Below are positions 8,190 through 17,096 of a stretch of 52,707 bases of DNA, piece after piece (positions within the stretch are counted from its first letter, which is position 1; each line of letters opens with the position of its first letter). The notes below the pieces were generated by a model. It ran no database searches. It was given only the letters and a program-made list of their open reading frames with translations, and was not told the origin of the DNA. A program made the translations under genes and the position numbers. Origin of the DNA: a bacterium (lineage in GTDB: Bacteria > Sysuimicrobiota > Sysuimicrobiia > Sysuimicrobiales > Kaftiobacteriaceae). The stretch covers positions 1 to 52,707 of the forward strand of contig DATDQT010000132.1 in assembly GCA_035292085.1 (NCBI GenBank). Reading direction: 5' to 3'.

Positions 8190-9077
8190 TCATTTTGCGC
8201 AGCGCGCGTATCGCTGGCCCGCGAGCGTGCGCACCAGTCCTCGCAGCTCCAGGACGAGCAAGGCCCGGCCGACCTCCGCCACCGGAAGCGCACTGCGCTC
8301 CGCCAGGGCATCGATGTGCTGGGGGTCAAAATCGAGCAGCGCGAAGACGATTGCCTCAACGCCATCCAGCGCCGGAACAAGAACGGGGATCTGGTCAACC
8401 CGTTGCGGCAGACGCAGTTCGGTCAGGATATCGTCCACCGTCGTCACCGGCGTCGCTCCTTCCTGAAGCAGCCGGTGCGGGAGGTAACTTGTTTCCCCAA
8501 AGATGCTCCCGGGGACGGCGAACACCTCGCGCCCCTGGTCCAGGGCGAAGTCGGCGGTGACCGACGCCCCGCTGCGCTCCCGGCCTTCAACCACCACGAC
8601 GCCGAGGCTCAGGCCGCTGATGATCCGGTTGCGCTGCGGAAAATGATGCGGCAGCGGCGGCGTCCCGGGCGGGAATTCCGTGACCACGGCCCCCGAGTCG
8701 ATGATCTGCCCCATCAGGTCCTCATGTTCGGCCGGATAGATGACATCCGGACCGCATCCCAGGACCGCAATCGTGCGCCCTCCTGCCATCAGCGCGCCGC
8801 GGTGCGCGGCGCCGTCGATACCGCGGGCCATCCCGCTGACAACGGTCACCCGGTGTCGCACCAACTCCCGGCCCAGCCATTCCGCGACGGCCAGCCCATA
8901 GGCGCTGGCACGCCGCGCGCCTACCACGGCGACGGCCGCCCGGTCCTGCTCGTCCAGGGTCCCACGCACATACAGCGGCTCCGGCGGATCGGCGATTTCC
9001 CGCAGTACCGCCGGATACGCGGAGTCCTCGAGCGTCAGTTCCTCCGCCGGGCCCGGCAGGCGCCGCGAGAGCATCAC
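8190..9077 (-). CDS. dprA: DNA-processing protein DprA/Smf
   Basis: ORF track 295 aa, with a Rossmann-like DprA core (VVSGMARGIDGAAHRGAL..., FPQRNRIISGLS...VVVEG) and a C-terminal winged-helix-like tail. It begins 10 nt after the comM stop. Confidence 0.9.
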   Translation of the reverse strand: MMLSRRLPGPAEELTLEDSAYPAVLREIADPPEPLYVRGTLDEQDRAAVAVVGARRASAYGLAVAEWLGRELVRHRVTVVSGMARGIDGAAHRGALMAGGRTIAVLGCGPDVIYPAEHEDLMGQIIDSGAVVTEFPPGTPPLPHHFPQRNRIISGLSLGVVVVEGRERSGASVTADFALDQGREVFAVPGSIFGETSYLPHRLLQEGATPVTTVDDILTELRLPQRVDQIPVLVPALDGVEAIVFALLDFDPQHIDALAERSALPVAEVGRALLVLELRGLVRTLAGQRYARCAK

Positions 9078-9086
9078 CGCAGGACG

Positions 9087-10613
9087 TCACCCCACCAGGC
9101 GCAGCGGCCGGTCGAACACGCGGTACTGAATGGCCTCGGCCAGATGAGCCAGCGCCACGTCGCGCCCATCCAGGTCGGCGATCGTGCGCGCGATCCGGAG
9201 AATCCGGTCATAGGCGCGGGCGCTGAGGGAGAGGCGTTCGATGGCTGAGCGGAGGAACTCGCGCTCCTCTTCGCCCAGCTGGCACTGGCGCCGGGCCTGT
9301 CGAGGCGACATCAGCGCGTTGCAGGCGCTCCCGCGGCCGAACCGGTCGTGTTGCCGGGCGCGGGCGGCTGCGACGCGGTCACGGATCGCCGCAGACGGCT
9401 CGCCCGGCGTCTGCGCGAGCAGGTCCTGGGAGAGGACGCGGGGGACCTCCAGGTGCAGATCGATGCGGTCCAGCAGCGGCCCGGAGACGCGCTGGAGATA
9501 GCGCGCAATCTGCGGCGGCGTGCACAGACACTCCCGCCGCCCGTCCCCGTGATAGCCGCACGGACAGGGATTCATCGCCGCGATGAGCATGAAGCGGGCC
9601 GGAAACGTCAGCGTGGACTGCACCCGGGCCACGGTGATGAACCCGTCTTCCAGCGGCTGGCGGAGTACTTCGAGGACGTCGCGGTGAAATTCCGGCAGTT
9701 CGTCCAGGAAGAGCACGCCGTGATGGGCCAGCGTGACCTCTCCTGGCTTGGGAACCGGCCCCCCGCCGATCAGCGCGGCGCTGCTGGTGGTGTGGTGTGG
9801 ACTGCGGAACGGTCTGGCCAACGCGGGCAGGCCGCCGTTGAGATGGGTCCCAGCCGCGCTGTAGATGCGCGTGACGTCGAGCGCCTCGTCCCAGTCCAGG
9901 GCCGGCAGGATGGTCGGCAGCCGCCGCGCCAGCATCGTCTTACCGGCTCCCGGCGGACCGACCATGAGCAGGTTGTGTCCTCCCGCCGCGGCGATCTCCA
10001 GCGCGCGCCGGGCGTGCTGCTGGCCGCGGATGTCGGTAAAATCCACGTCGTAGGCAGGCTCGGTAGGCACGCGGGCGGGGCGGACGTGCGGGGCGATCAG
10101 GTCGAGCCCTTCGAGATGGCGCACGACCTGGAGCAGGCTGGCCGCCGGCAGCGCAGTGATGCCCTCGACGAGACCTGCCTCACCGGCGTTGCGTTCGGGC
10201 ACGATCAGGGTGTGCAAACGCATCGCCTTAGCCGCCAGGGCAATCGACAGCATGCCGCTGACGGGCCGGATCGCCCCGTCGAGGGACAACTCGCCCAGCA
10301 GCAGGGTGCCGCCCAGCCCCTGCGGGCGGATCTGCTCGGTGGCCGCGAGGATCCCCACCGCCATTGGCAGGTCGAACACGGGTCCTTCCTTCTTAATGTC
10401 GGCCGGTGCCAGGTTGACGGTGATCTTCCGGGACGGCAGTTCGTAGTTGGAATTCCGGATCGCCGCGCGCACCCGTTCTTTGGCTTCCTGCACGGCCGTG
10501 TCGGGCAGGCCGACGATGGCGAACGCCGGCAGGCCGCCGCCGACGTCGACCTCGACGTCGATGGGGTACGCCTCCAGTCCGAGCAGCGCGGCCGCGCGCA
10601 CTTTCGCGAGCAC
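9087..10613 (-). CDS. comM: YifB/ComM family Mg-chelatase-like AAA+ ATPase
   Basis: ORF 9087..10799 trimmed to GTG 10613 with GGAGG 6 nt upstream. The product starts VLAKVRAAALLGLEAYPIDVEVDV..., has Walker A GPPGAGKT and LFLDELPEF, and is 508 aa. Confidence 0.9.
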   Translation of the reverse strand: MLAKVRAAALLGLEAYPIDVEVDVGGGLPAFAIVGLPDTAVQEAKERVRAAIRNSNYELPSRKITVNLAPADIKKEGPVFDLPMAVGILAATEQIRPQGLGGTLLLGELSLDGAIRPVSGMLSIALAAKAMRLHTLIVPERNAGEAGLVEGITALPAASLLQVVRHLEGLDLIAPHVRPARVPTEPAYDVDFTDIRGQQHARRALEIAAAGGHNLLMVGPPGAGKTMLARRLPTILPALDWDEALDVTRIYSAAGTHLNGGLPALARPFRSPHHTTSSAALIGGGPVPKPGEVTLAHHGVLFLDELPEFHRDVLEVLRQPLEDGFITVARVQSTLTFPARFMLIAAMNPCPCGYHGDGRRECLCTPPQIARYLQRVSGPLLDRIDLHLEVPRVLSQDLLAQTPGEPSAAIRDRVAAARARQHDRFGRGSACNALMSPRQARRQCQLGEEEREFLRSAIERLSLSARAYDRILRIARTIADLDGRDVALAHLAEAIQYRVFDRPLRLVG

Positions 10614-10672
10614 CGACAACCTCCGCGCGCATTGTACTGTGGGCGCGCAGCAGGCGCACTGACTCGACTGGG

Positions 10673-11038
10673 TCAATCGGACACGAAGGCGTCGCGCAGC
10701 AGCTCGACCCTGTCGATGCGGCCGTGGGGATCGACCATGACCGACACCGCGTCGAACCGGCAGGGGCGCGTGAGCCACCGCCGGCGGGCCAGGTACCATG
10801 TCGCCAGCCGGGTGAGCCGGCGCTGCTTGTGCGGGGAGATGGCGTCGAACGGCGTGCCGAACTCGGTGGCCCCGCGGGACTTCACCTCGATGAACACGAC
10901 CACGCCGGCGTCCTCGGCGATGAGGTCAATCTCGCCGAGCGGACAGCGAAAGTTTTGTTCGAGGATGCGGTACCCGTGCCGTCGCAGCAGCCGGTGCGCG
11001 GCCGCTTCTCCCTCGCTGCCGAGGGTATGCCGATCCAT
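10673..11038 (-). CDS. yraN: YraN family (UPF0102) endonuclease-like protein
   Basis: ORF track 121 aa. GEIDLIAEDAGVVVFIEVKSR is the typical YraN/PD-(D/E)xK-like core. Confidence 0.85.
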   Translation of the reverse strand: MDRHTLGSEGEAAAHRLLRRHGYRILEQNFRCPLGEIDLIAEDAGVVVFIEVKSRGATEFGTPFDAISPHKQRRLTRLATWYLARRRWLTRPCRFDAVSVMVDPHGRIDRVELLRDAFVSD

Positions 11039-11129
11039 ACTCCATCCATACGACGGTCCGGATTGGACGACAACAGCCCCAAATGAGCTAAACGAAGGGG
11101 TCAGACCCCGCTCGTGCTACTGTAGAAGG

Positions 11130-11597
11130 GTGGAGAAAATCGGCGCCGGTATCCTCTGCGTGAGTCTGATCCTGCTGGCCGCCACCCCGGCCGCGGCAAG
11201 GATCGGCGACCCGGTGAGTGGGTTCATGAGCCGGCCGCTCGTCCAGCAACTGCGCCTGGTGCCCCAATCCCAAACGGCCCTGACCGGAGCGCTGGCCGGC
11301 CGGGTCCTCCACCGGTACGTCTCGGAGGACGGCGCGATCGTCGTCGACTTGATTGTGGCCGCGGGGATGATCGAACAGCAGGCGATGTACCTCCCGTTCA
11401 ACATGAATCGGGGCGTCCAGGTGAGTTTCTTCCTTCAAGATGCGCTGGGCTCGGTTTTTGGAGCGACCAAGGGCATGCTGGCGTTTCGCGCCGCCGTGAA
11501 CAACAAGAAGGAGACGTTTTTGCCCTTTGAGGGGTTGGTGACGCGGTTTACGCCGCTGGTGGATGGACGCCTGCGCGTCGTGGTGAGCCGGGCTTAG
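11130..11597 (+). CDS. hypothetical secreted/exported protein
   Basis: This is the 3' part of track ORF 9348..11597. From GTG 11130 it reads VEKIGAGILCVSLILLAATPAAARIGDP..., signal-peptide-like, with consistently G/C third positions. I recognise no family. The start is uncertain because the SD spacing is poor. Confidence 0.6.
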   Translation: MEKIGAGILCVSLILLAATPAAARIGDPVSGFMSRPLVQQLRLVPQSQTALTGALAGRVLHRYVSEDGAIVVDLIVAAGMIEQQAMYLPFNMNRGVQVSFFLQDALGSVFGATKGMLAFRAAVNNKKETFLPFEGLVTRFTPLVDGRLRVVVSRA

Positions 11598-12406
11598 CGA
11601 TTGAGCAGGATCTGCTCGCCCTGGATCCCCAGGAACGACCGCCGGTGGATCGGGGTGATGCCCAGCCGCCGGATCGCCTCCCGATGCGTCCGCGTGCCGT
11701 ACCCTTTGTGCCGCGCAAAGCCGTAGTCCGGGTAGATCTGGGCGAGGTCGAGCATCAGCCGGTCCCGTGTCACTTTCGCGATGATCGATGCCGCCGCGAT
11801 CGCCGCGCACGTGGCGTCCCCATCGACGACCGGCATCTGCACGACGGGCGCGTCGGCGGGGAAGCGCCCGTCGATGAGGACGAGGTGCGGGCGCACGGCC
11901 AACCCCTCGATCGCCCGCCGGTGGGCCAGCCGCGTCGCCTGGAGGACGTTGAGCCGGTCGATCTCCTCGACCGTGGCGAGGCCCACGTGGACCGCCTCCG
12001 CGCGTGAGTGGATCTCGTCAAAGAGGCGCTCACGCTCGTCCGCCGGCAGCTGCTTTGAATCGTTGAGCCGCCTGAAGCGGATGCCGGCCGGCAGGATCAC
12101 CGCGGCGGCGACGACCGGTCCGGCCAGCGGTGCGACGCCGGCTTCGTCGACGCCCGCGATAAGATCATAGCCCAGCGCCCGGTATTCACGCTCGAGCGCC
12201 CCCAGGCCGTCCAGACGGATGTCTTCTGTGAGGACGCGGCGCCGCCGCGACCGCCACTGCCGCACCAACGCGCGGACGCCCCGCCGCCGGTCCCGCGCCA
12301 GGGCAGTGAGCAGGCGCGGTTCGATCTCAGCAGCGGAACGGAGCCAGGCCGCCAACACGGAGATCGCCATGGCGCGGATGTCACGCGGGCGGAGCGGAAC
12401 GGCCAT
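11594..12406 (-). CDS. rnhB: ribonuclease HII
   Basis: ORF track 270 aa, with GVDEAGVAPLAGPVVAAAV, LNDSKQL and the ASIIAKVTRD motifs. Its stop overlaps the stop of the convergent 11130..11597 ORF by 4 nt. Confidence 0.92.
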   Translation of the reverse strand: MAVPLRPRDIRAMAISVLAAWLRSAAEIEPRLLTALARDRRRGVRALVRQWRSRRRRVLTEDIRLDGLGALEREYRALGYDLIAGVDEAGVAPLAGPVVAAAVILPAGIRFRRLNDSKQLPADERERLFDEIHSRAEAVHVGLATVEEIDRLNVLQATRLAHRRAIEGLAVRPHLVLIDGRFPADAPVVQMPVVDGDATCAAIAAASIIAKVTRDRLMLDLAQIYPDYGFARHKGYGTRTHREAIRRLGITPIHRRSFLGIQGEQILLNR

Positions 12407-12415
12407 GATCGCGTC

Positions 12416-13060
12416 CTAGTGCACGAACCCCAGGCGCGAGACCGGCCAGTAGATGAACGACGCCTTGCCGACGACGTTGACCACCGGCACGTACCCAAAG
12501 AACCGGCTGTCCTCGCTGTTGCACCGGTTGTCGCCCAGCACGAAGAGGTTGGCGGCCGGCACCGCCTGCGGGCCGTAGTTGCTCGTGCACGAGCGGTCTC
12601 CGCCGGCCAGCGCCGTCGGGTACAGCTCGCTGATCGGGCGGCCGTTGATGAGGACCACCCCGTCCTTGAGTTCGACCCGTTCTCCGCCCAATCCCACCAC
12701 GCGCTTGACGAAGTCCTTGCCTGGATTCAGGGGGTAGTGAAACACGATGACGTCGCCCCGGCGGACGGCGCCGACCCGGTAGGAGAGTTTGCTGACCAGG
12801 ATCCGGTCGCCGACCTGCAGCGTTGGTTCCATCGACCCGGACGGAATGTAGAACGCCTGGACGACAAACGTGATGATGACCAGCGACAGGACCGCCGCGA
12901 AAATGCTCGCGTCGAGCGTCTCCACGATCGAGGTCCGCCAGGTGTGGGGAAGCGCGTACACGCGCTTGACGACCAGCCGGAGGACCAGCAGCACGCCCCC
13001 GAGGATGAGGATGAGGCTGGGAACGGACAGGGGAATGCGGTCCAGAAACTCCAGGCGCAT
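12416..13060 (-). CDS. lepB: signal peptidase I
   Basis: ORF track 214 aa. It has an N-terminal TM segment, the catalytic SGSMEPTL box, and GDNRCNSEDSR. Confidence 0.92.
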   Translation of the reverse strand: MRLEFLDRIPLSVPSLILILGGVLLVLRLVVKRVYALPHTWRTSIVETLDASIFAAVLSLVIITFVVQAFYIPSGSMEPTLQVGDRILVSKLSYRVGAVRRGDVIVFHYPLNPGKDFVKRVVGLGGERVELKDGVVLINGRPISELYPTALAGGDRSCTSNYGPQAVPAANLFVLGDNRCNSEDSRFFGYVPVVNVVGKASFIYWPVSRLGFVH

Positions 13061-13078
13061 CTCAGAAATCGTCGTTGT

Positions 13079-13420
13079 TCAGCGCATTTCCTTGACGCGG
13101 GCCTCGCGACCGATCTTGCCCCGCAGATAGTACAGTTTGGCCTGGCGGACGCGCCCCTTGCGGACCAGATCGATGCGCTCGATACGGGGAGAGTGGAGCA
13201 GGAAGATGCGCTCCACGCCCACGCCATGGCTGATCCGCCTGACGGTGAACGTCTCCCGCAGCCCGCCGCCCTTGCGGGCGATCACGATCCCCTCAAACGC
13301 CTGGATGCGCTCGCGCCCGCCTTCGACGATCTTCAGGTGCACCCGCACCGTGTCGCCGGGCCCGAACGCCGGCACGTTGCTTTTCAGTTGCTCCCGCTCA
13401 ACGGCGGCGACTTTCTCCAT
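13079..13420 (-). CDS. rplS: 50S ribosomal protein L19
   Basis: ORF 13079..13444 trimmed to ATG 13420 with GGAGG upstream. The product is [34 protein letters not shown]..., 113 aa. Confidence 0.95.
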   Translation of the reverse strand: MEKVAAVEREQLKSNVPAFGPGDTVRVHLKIVEGGRERIQAFEGIVIARKGGGLRETFTVRRISHGVGVERIFLLHSPRIERIDLVRKGRVRQAKLYYLRGKIGREARVKEMR

Positions 13421-13444
13421 CCCCGCACCTCCGCACGGCCTCAC

Positions 13445-13453
13445 ATTGTAGCA
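13445..13453 (-). promoter_or_regulatory. candidate extended -10 promoter for rplS
   Basis: The minus strand reads TGCTACAAT (TGn + TACAAT), about 25 nt upstream of the rplS ATG, in the 60-nt trmD-rplS gap. There is no good -35. Confidence 0.35.
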
Positions 13454-13480
13454 CTATGGCACATTTCTTGCTGCTGAGTT

Positions 13481-14239
13481 TCACGTGATTTCGGGGATCT
13501 CATCATCTGGGGGTTCCAAATCCAGCGCCTCCAGGACCCGGCGGTCTTCCTCCGACAGCGCCTCGGCCTTGAGCAGATCCGGACGCCGCAGCAGCGTGCG
13601 GTGCAGCCGCTGGGCGCGCCGCCACCGGCGAATCGCCTCGTGATTGCCCGACAGCAGGACGTCCGGCACCTTCATGCCCCGGAATTCAGGCGGCCGCGTG
13701 TACTGCGGGTAGTCGAGCAACCCGTCGGCGAACGAATCGACCGCTACGGACGCGGCGTCACCGACCACCCCCGGCACCAGGCGGGCGACGGCGTCGACGA
13801 GGACCATCGCCGGGAGCTCTCCCCCGGTGAGGACGTAGTCTCCGATTGAGATCTCCTCCGCCCCGAGACCCTCCCGCACGCGCTCGTCGATCCCCTCGTA
13901 GTGTCCGCACAGCACGATCAGGTGCCCGGCGGCGGCGAGGTCCTGCGCGACGAGCTGGGTGAGCTGCTCGCCCTGCGGGGACATCAACACGATGCGCGCC
14001 GCGGACGCCTCCGCCGGATGAATCGCGTCCACCGCGAGGAAGAACGGCTCGGGCTTCATGACCATCCCGGGGCCGCCGCCGTAGGGGTCATCGTCGACCT
14101 GGCGATGACGGTCGGTGGCGAAGTCGCGGAGATCCCACACCGTGATCGTCAGCAGCCCGCGCTCCTGGGCGCGGGCCAGCATGCTCGTCCGCAGCGGGGC
14201 AAACGCGTCCGGGAAGATGGTGACGATGTCGATCCGCAT
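13481..14239 (-). CDS. trmD: tRNA (guanine37-N1)-methyltransferase
   Basis: ORF track 252 aa, MRIDIVTIFPDAF... DDDPYGGGPGMVMKPEP. It has a 1-nt TGATG junction with rimM. Confidence 0.95.
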   Translation of the reverse strand: MRIDIVTIFPDAFAPLRTSMLARAQERGLLTITVWDLRDFATDRHRQVDDDPYGGGPGMVMKPEPFFLAVDAIHPAEASAARIVLMSPQGEQLTQLVAQDLAAAGHLIVLCGHYEGIDERVREGLGAEEISIGDYVLTGGELPAMVLVDAVARLVPGVVGDAASVAVDSFADGLLDYPQYTRPPEFRGMKVPDVLLSGNHEAIRRWRRAQRLHRTLLRRPDLLKAEALSEEDRRVLEALDLEPPDDEIPEIT

Positions 14240-14757
14240 CAGCCCTCCTCGTTCAGCATGCCCGGCAGCGGCTGCACCACCATCGTGCGGGCGGCCACAT
14301 CGACCCGCACGATGACCGAGTCGATCGCCGGGAGGAGCACCTCATGATCGTGTCCGCGGACGACGTACACATCGTTGCTGCCCGTGCGCAGCACTTCCTC
14401 GACCTGGCCCAGCACCGTGCCGGCTTCGGTGCGCACCGACATCCCCAGCACGTCGAACACGAAGTGGTGACCGGGCGGCAGGCGGACCGCGTCGGCGGTC
14501 GGCACGGCCAGCAGCCCCCCGCGCCAGGCGGCGGCCTCCTCAGGCGAGTCGATCTCCCGCGCGTGCACCAGCACGTCATTCCCCAGCGGCCGGACCTCGT
14601 CGAGTTCCACGGGCCGGGCGCGCTCGCCGTGGAGGAGCACCGCCGTGCGCAGGGTCAGCAGCCGTTCAGGATAGTCCGTGTCCGGCGCCACGCGGAAGCC
14701 TCCCCGCACGCCGTGCGTTTTCACAATCCGTCCGACGACAACGTATGCCGGCTTCAC
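14239..14757 (-). CDS. rimM: 16S rRNA processing protein RimM
   Basis: ORF track 172 aa, GTG start, MKPAYVVVGRIVKTHGVRGGFRV..., with a PRC barrel C-terminus. Confidence 0.92.
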   Translation of the reverse strand: MKPAYVVVGRIVKTHGVRGGFRVAPDTDYPERLLTLRTAVLLHGERARPVELDEVRPLGNDVLVHAREIDSPEEAAAWRGGLLAVPTADAVRLPPGHHFVFDVLGMSVRTEAGTVLGQVEEVLRTGSNDVYVVRGHDHEVLLPAIDSVIVRVDVAARTMVVQPLPGMLNEEG

Positions 14758-14761
14758 GATG

Positions 14762-15172
14762 TTACGATTGGGCTTCCCGGACTTCGAGAATGATGCCGTC
14801 CTTCACGATGATTTCGGTCCGCCCGATCCGGTCGAACAGGTTGTCGCCGACATCGACCTCGACCGTGCCTTCGACCGTCCCCTGCGTGAACTCCGAATTC
14901 AGCGCGAGCTGCTCCGCCTCGCGCAGCCGCATCGTGAGTTCGGCGCGGGTGGCTTCCTGACGCGATCGCTCCAGTTCCAGCTGCTGCCGCACCGCCCGCG
15001 CCTGCGGCGTGACCTGCCGCTCCAGTTCGCTGCGGCGGATCTGGGTGTCGATCTGTTCGACGAGCGCCTCGACGCGCTTGATCGCATCCTCGAGGTCCTG
15101 CACGTACAGCCGCTTGAAGCTTTCGGTGACGATCGCCTTGATGACGATCGGCCGGTTGACGGTGATCCCCAT
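14762..15172 (-). CDS. ylqD: YlqD family protein
   Basis: ORF track 136 aa. The centre is coiled-coil and the C-terminus is ...VEVDVGDNLFDRIGRTEIIVKDGIILEVRE. Architecture and position (between the KH protein and rimM) match Bacillus ylqD. Confidence 0.7.
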   Translation of the reverse strand: MGITVNRPIVIKAIVTESFKRLYVQDLEDAIKRVEALVEQIDTQIRRSELERQVTPQARAVRQQLELERSRQEATRAELTMRLREAEQLALNSEFTQGTVEGTVEVDVGDNLFDRIGRTEIIVKDGIILEVREAQS

Positions 15173-15192
15173 GCGCTACCCCTCCTGCGGAC

Positions 15193-15438
15193 TCACTGCA
15201 CGATCTCGACCATGGCGCGCGTCCCGGCGCGGATCGCGGCGGCCTTGACGACCGAGCGGATCGCGCGGGCGATGCGGCCCTGCCGGCCGATCACCTTGCC
15301 CACATCGTCGGGGGCGACCCGGACTTCGATCACCACCCCGTGCTCGCCGTCCAGCAGGGTCACTGAGACGGCTCCGGGGTCGTCGACGATGGCCTTCGTG
15401 ATGAACTCGACCAGCTCGCGCAGCGCTGAGTGGTCCAT
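15193..15438 (-). CDS. KH-domain RNA-binding protein (YlqC-like)
   Basis: ORF 15193..15567 trimmed to ATG 15438 with AGGAG upstream. The product is 81 aa and contains VGKVIGRQGRIARAIRSV, the GxxG KH motif. Confidence 0.88.
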   Translation of the reverse strand: MDHSALRELVEFITKAIVDDPGAVSVTLLDGEHGVVIEVRVAPDDVGKVIGRQGRIARAIRSVVKAAAIRAGTRAMVEIVQ

Positions 15439-15458
15439 CGCGGTCTCCTGCCCCGCGG

Positions 15459-15737
15459 TCAGGCTTTCGCCGCGGGCTGTTCGGCCGTCGTGGCTTTGGC
15501 CAGGACGCCGGATCGATCGAGCAGCACCCGCGCCGCATCGCTGGGCCTGGCCCCCTTGCGCAGCCACGACAGCGCCTTAGCCTCGTCGATCTTGATCGTC
15601 GACGGATCGGTCGTCGGATTGTAATGCCCGATGATCTCGATGTAGCGGCCGCTTCGCGGCGACCGGGAATCGGCGACCACCAGCCGGTAGAGCGGGCGAT
15701 GCTTCCCGCCCATCCTCATCAAACGAATCTTCACCAT
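15459..15737 (-). CDS. rpsP: 30S ribosomal protein S16
   Basis: ORF track 92 aa, [34 protein letters not shown]. Confidence 0.95.
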   Translation of the reverse strand: MVKIRLMRMGGKHRPLYRLVVADSRSPRSGRYIEIIGHYNPTTDPSTIKIDEAKALSWLRKGARPSDAARVLLDRSGVLAKATTAEQPAAKA

Positions 15738-15761
15738 GCCCCTACCTCCCTCGTGACCAGC

Positions 15762-17096
15762 CTACTGCAGCGGAAACTGGATCTTCCCCCGCTTCCCCTT
15801 CTGCATCTCTGCGACGCGTCTGAACAGCTTCCGCGCCTCCTCGAACTGGCGGAGGAGGCGGTTGACATCCTGAATCGTCGTCCCGCTGCCGCGGGCGATC
15901 CGCCGCCGGCGGCTGCCGTCGATCATGTGCGGATGCCGCCGCTCGTCCGGCGTCATCGAATCGATCATCGCCTCGACCTGGCGCAGAGACTTCTCGTCGA
16001 CGGTGCCGGCCAGCCCACGCGCCCGTCCGCCCAACCCCGGCAGCATCTCCAGGAGCGAGTCCAGCGGACCCATCTTCTTGACCTGGCGCAGCTGCTCGCG
16101 GAAGTCTTCGAAGCTGAACTCCGCCCTGCGCAGTTTGCGCTCCATGGCCGCGGCGGCGTCGGCATCGACGGCGTCCTGCGCGCGTTCGATCAGCGTGAGC
16201 ACGTCGCCCATCCCCAGGATCCGCGAGGCCATCCGGTCGGGATGGAACGGCTGGAGCCCGTCGAGCTTCTCTCCCGTACCGACGAACAGCACCGGCGTCT
16301 GGGTCACCTCGACGATCGACAGCACGGCGCCGCCTCGCGCGTCGCCGTCGAGTTTGGTGACGACGACCCCGTCCAGTCCCAGCGCGGCCTGAAAGTGTTC
16401 CGCCATCGCGACGGCGTCCTGGCCGGTCATCGCATCGACGACGAGCAGGACGTTGTGCGGGTGGATCGCCTCCCGCATCTGCGTGAGCTCGGCCATCAGC
16501 GCGTCGTCCACGTGCTGGCGGCCCGCGCCGTCGATGATAACGACATCGTGTCCCCCCCGCCCGGCGTGCTCGATCGCGGCCGCGGCGACGCTGATCGGAT
16601 CGGATGCGGCCGGATCCGCGAACACGTTCACGCCGGCGTCCTTTCCGACGACCTGCAGCTGCGTCACCGCGGCGGGGCGGCGAAGGTCGGTCGCCACCAG
16701 CAGGGGGTGCCGCCCACGCCGCTGCAGGAGCCGCGCCAGTTTCGCCGCCGTGGTGGTCTTGCCCGCTCCGTGGACGCCGACCAGCATGACCACGGTCGGC
16801 GGGCGGTCGGCAAAGCGCAGGTCCTTCGACGACCCGCCGAGGAGACGGACCAGTTCGTCGTGCACGACCTTGACGACCTGCTGGCCCGGCGAGAAATGCT
16901 GGAGGACGTCCTGTCCGACGGCCTGGGCCCGCACGCGGTCGACGAACGTCCTGGCGACTTTGAAGTTGACATCGGCCTCCAGCAGGGCCAGCCGCACCTC
17001 GCGCAGCGTCGCGTCCACGTCGGCCTCACTCAGCGCGCCGCGGCCGGTCAGCGAGGCCACGATCTTCTGGAGCCGGTCCTGCAGTGCTTCAAACAT
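15762..17096 (-). CDS. ffh: signal recognition particle protein Ffh
   Basis: ORF 15762..17372 trimmed to ATG 17096. The product starts MFEALQDRLQKIVASLTGRGALSEADV..., has GVHGAGKTTTAAKLA and DTAGR-type G motifs and a Met-rich M domain, and is 444 aa. Confidence 0.95.
   Translation of the reverse strand: MFEALQDRLQKIVASLTGRGALSEADVDATLREVRLALLEADVNFKVARTFVDRVRAQAVGQDVLQHFSPGQQVVKVVHDELVRLLGGSSKDLRFADRPPTVVMLVGVHGAGKTTTAAKLARLLQRRGRHPLLVATDLRRPAAVTQLQVVGKDAGVNVFADPAASDPISVAAAAIEHAGRGGHDVVIIDGAGRQHVDDALMAELTQMREAIHPHNVLLVVDAMTGQDAVAMAEHFQAALGLDGVVVTKLDGDARGGAVLSIVEVTQTPVLFVGTGEKLDGLQPFHPDRMASRILGMGDVLTLIERAQDAVDADAAAAMERKLRRAEFSFEDFREQLRQVKKMGPLDSLLEMLPGLGGRARGLAGTVDEKSLRQVEAMIDSMTPDERRHPHMIDGSRRRRIARGSGTTIQDVNRLLRQFEEARKLFRRVAEMQKGKRGKIQFPLQ

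Noticed and set aside
9348-11129. The N-terminal 594 codons of track ORF 9348..11597 (749 aa).
   Set aside because: This part is antisense to comM and yraN and translates to low-complexity sequence. Only the last 155 codons (11130..11597), which lie in an otherwise gene-free gap and show a signal peptide and coding bias, were kept.
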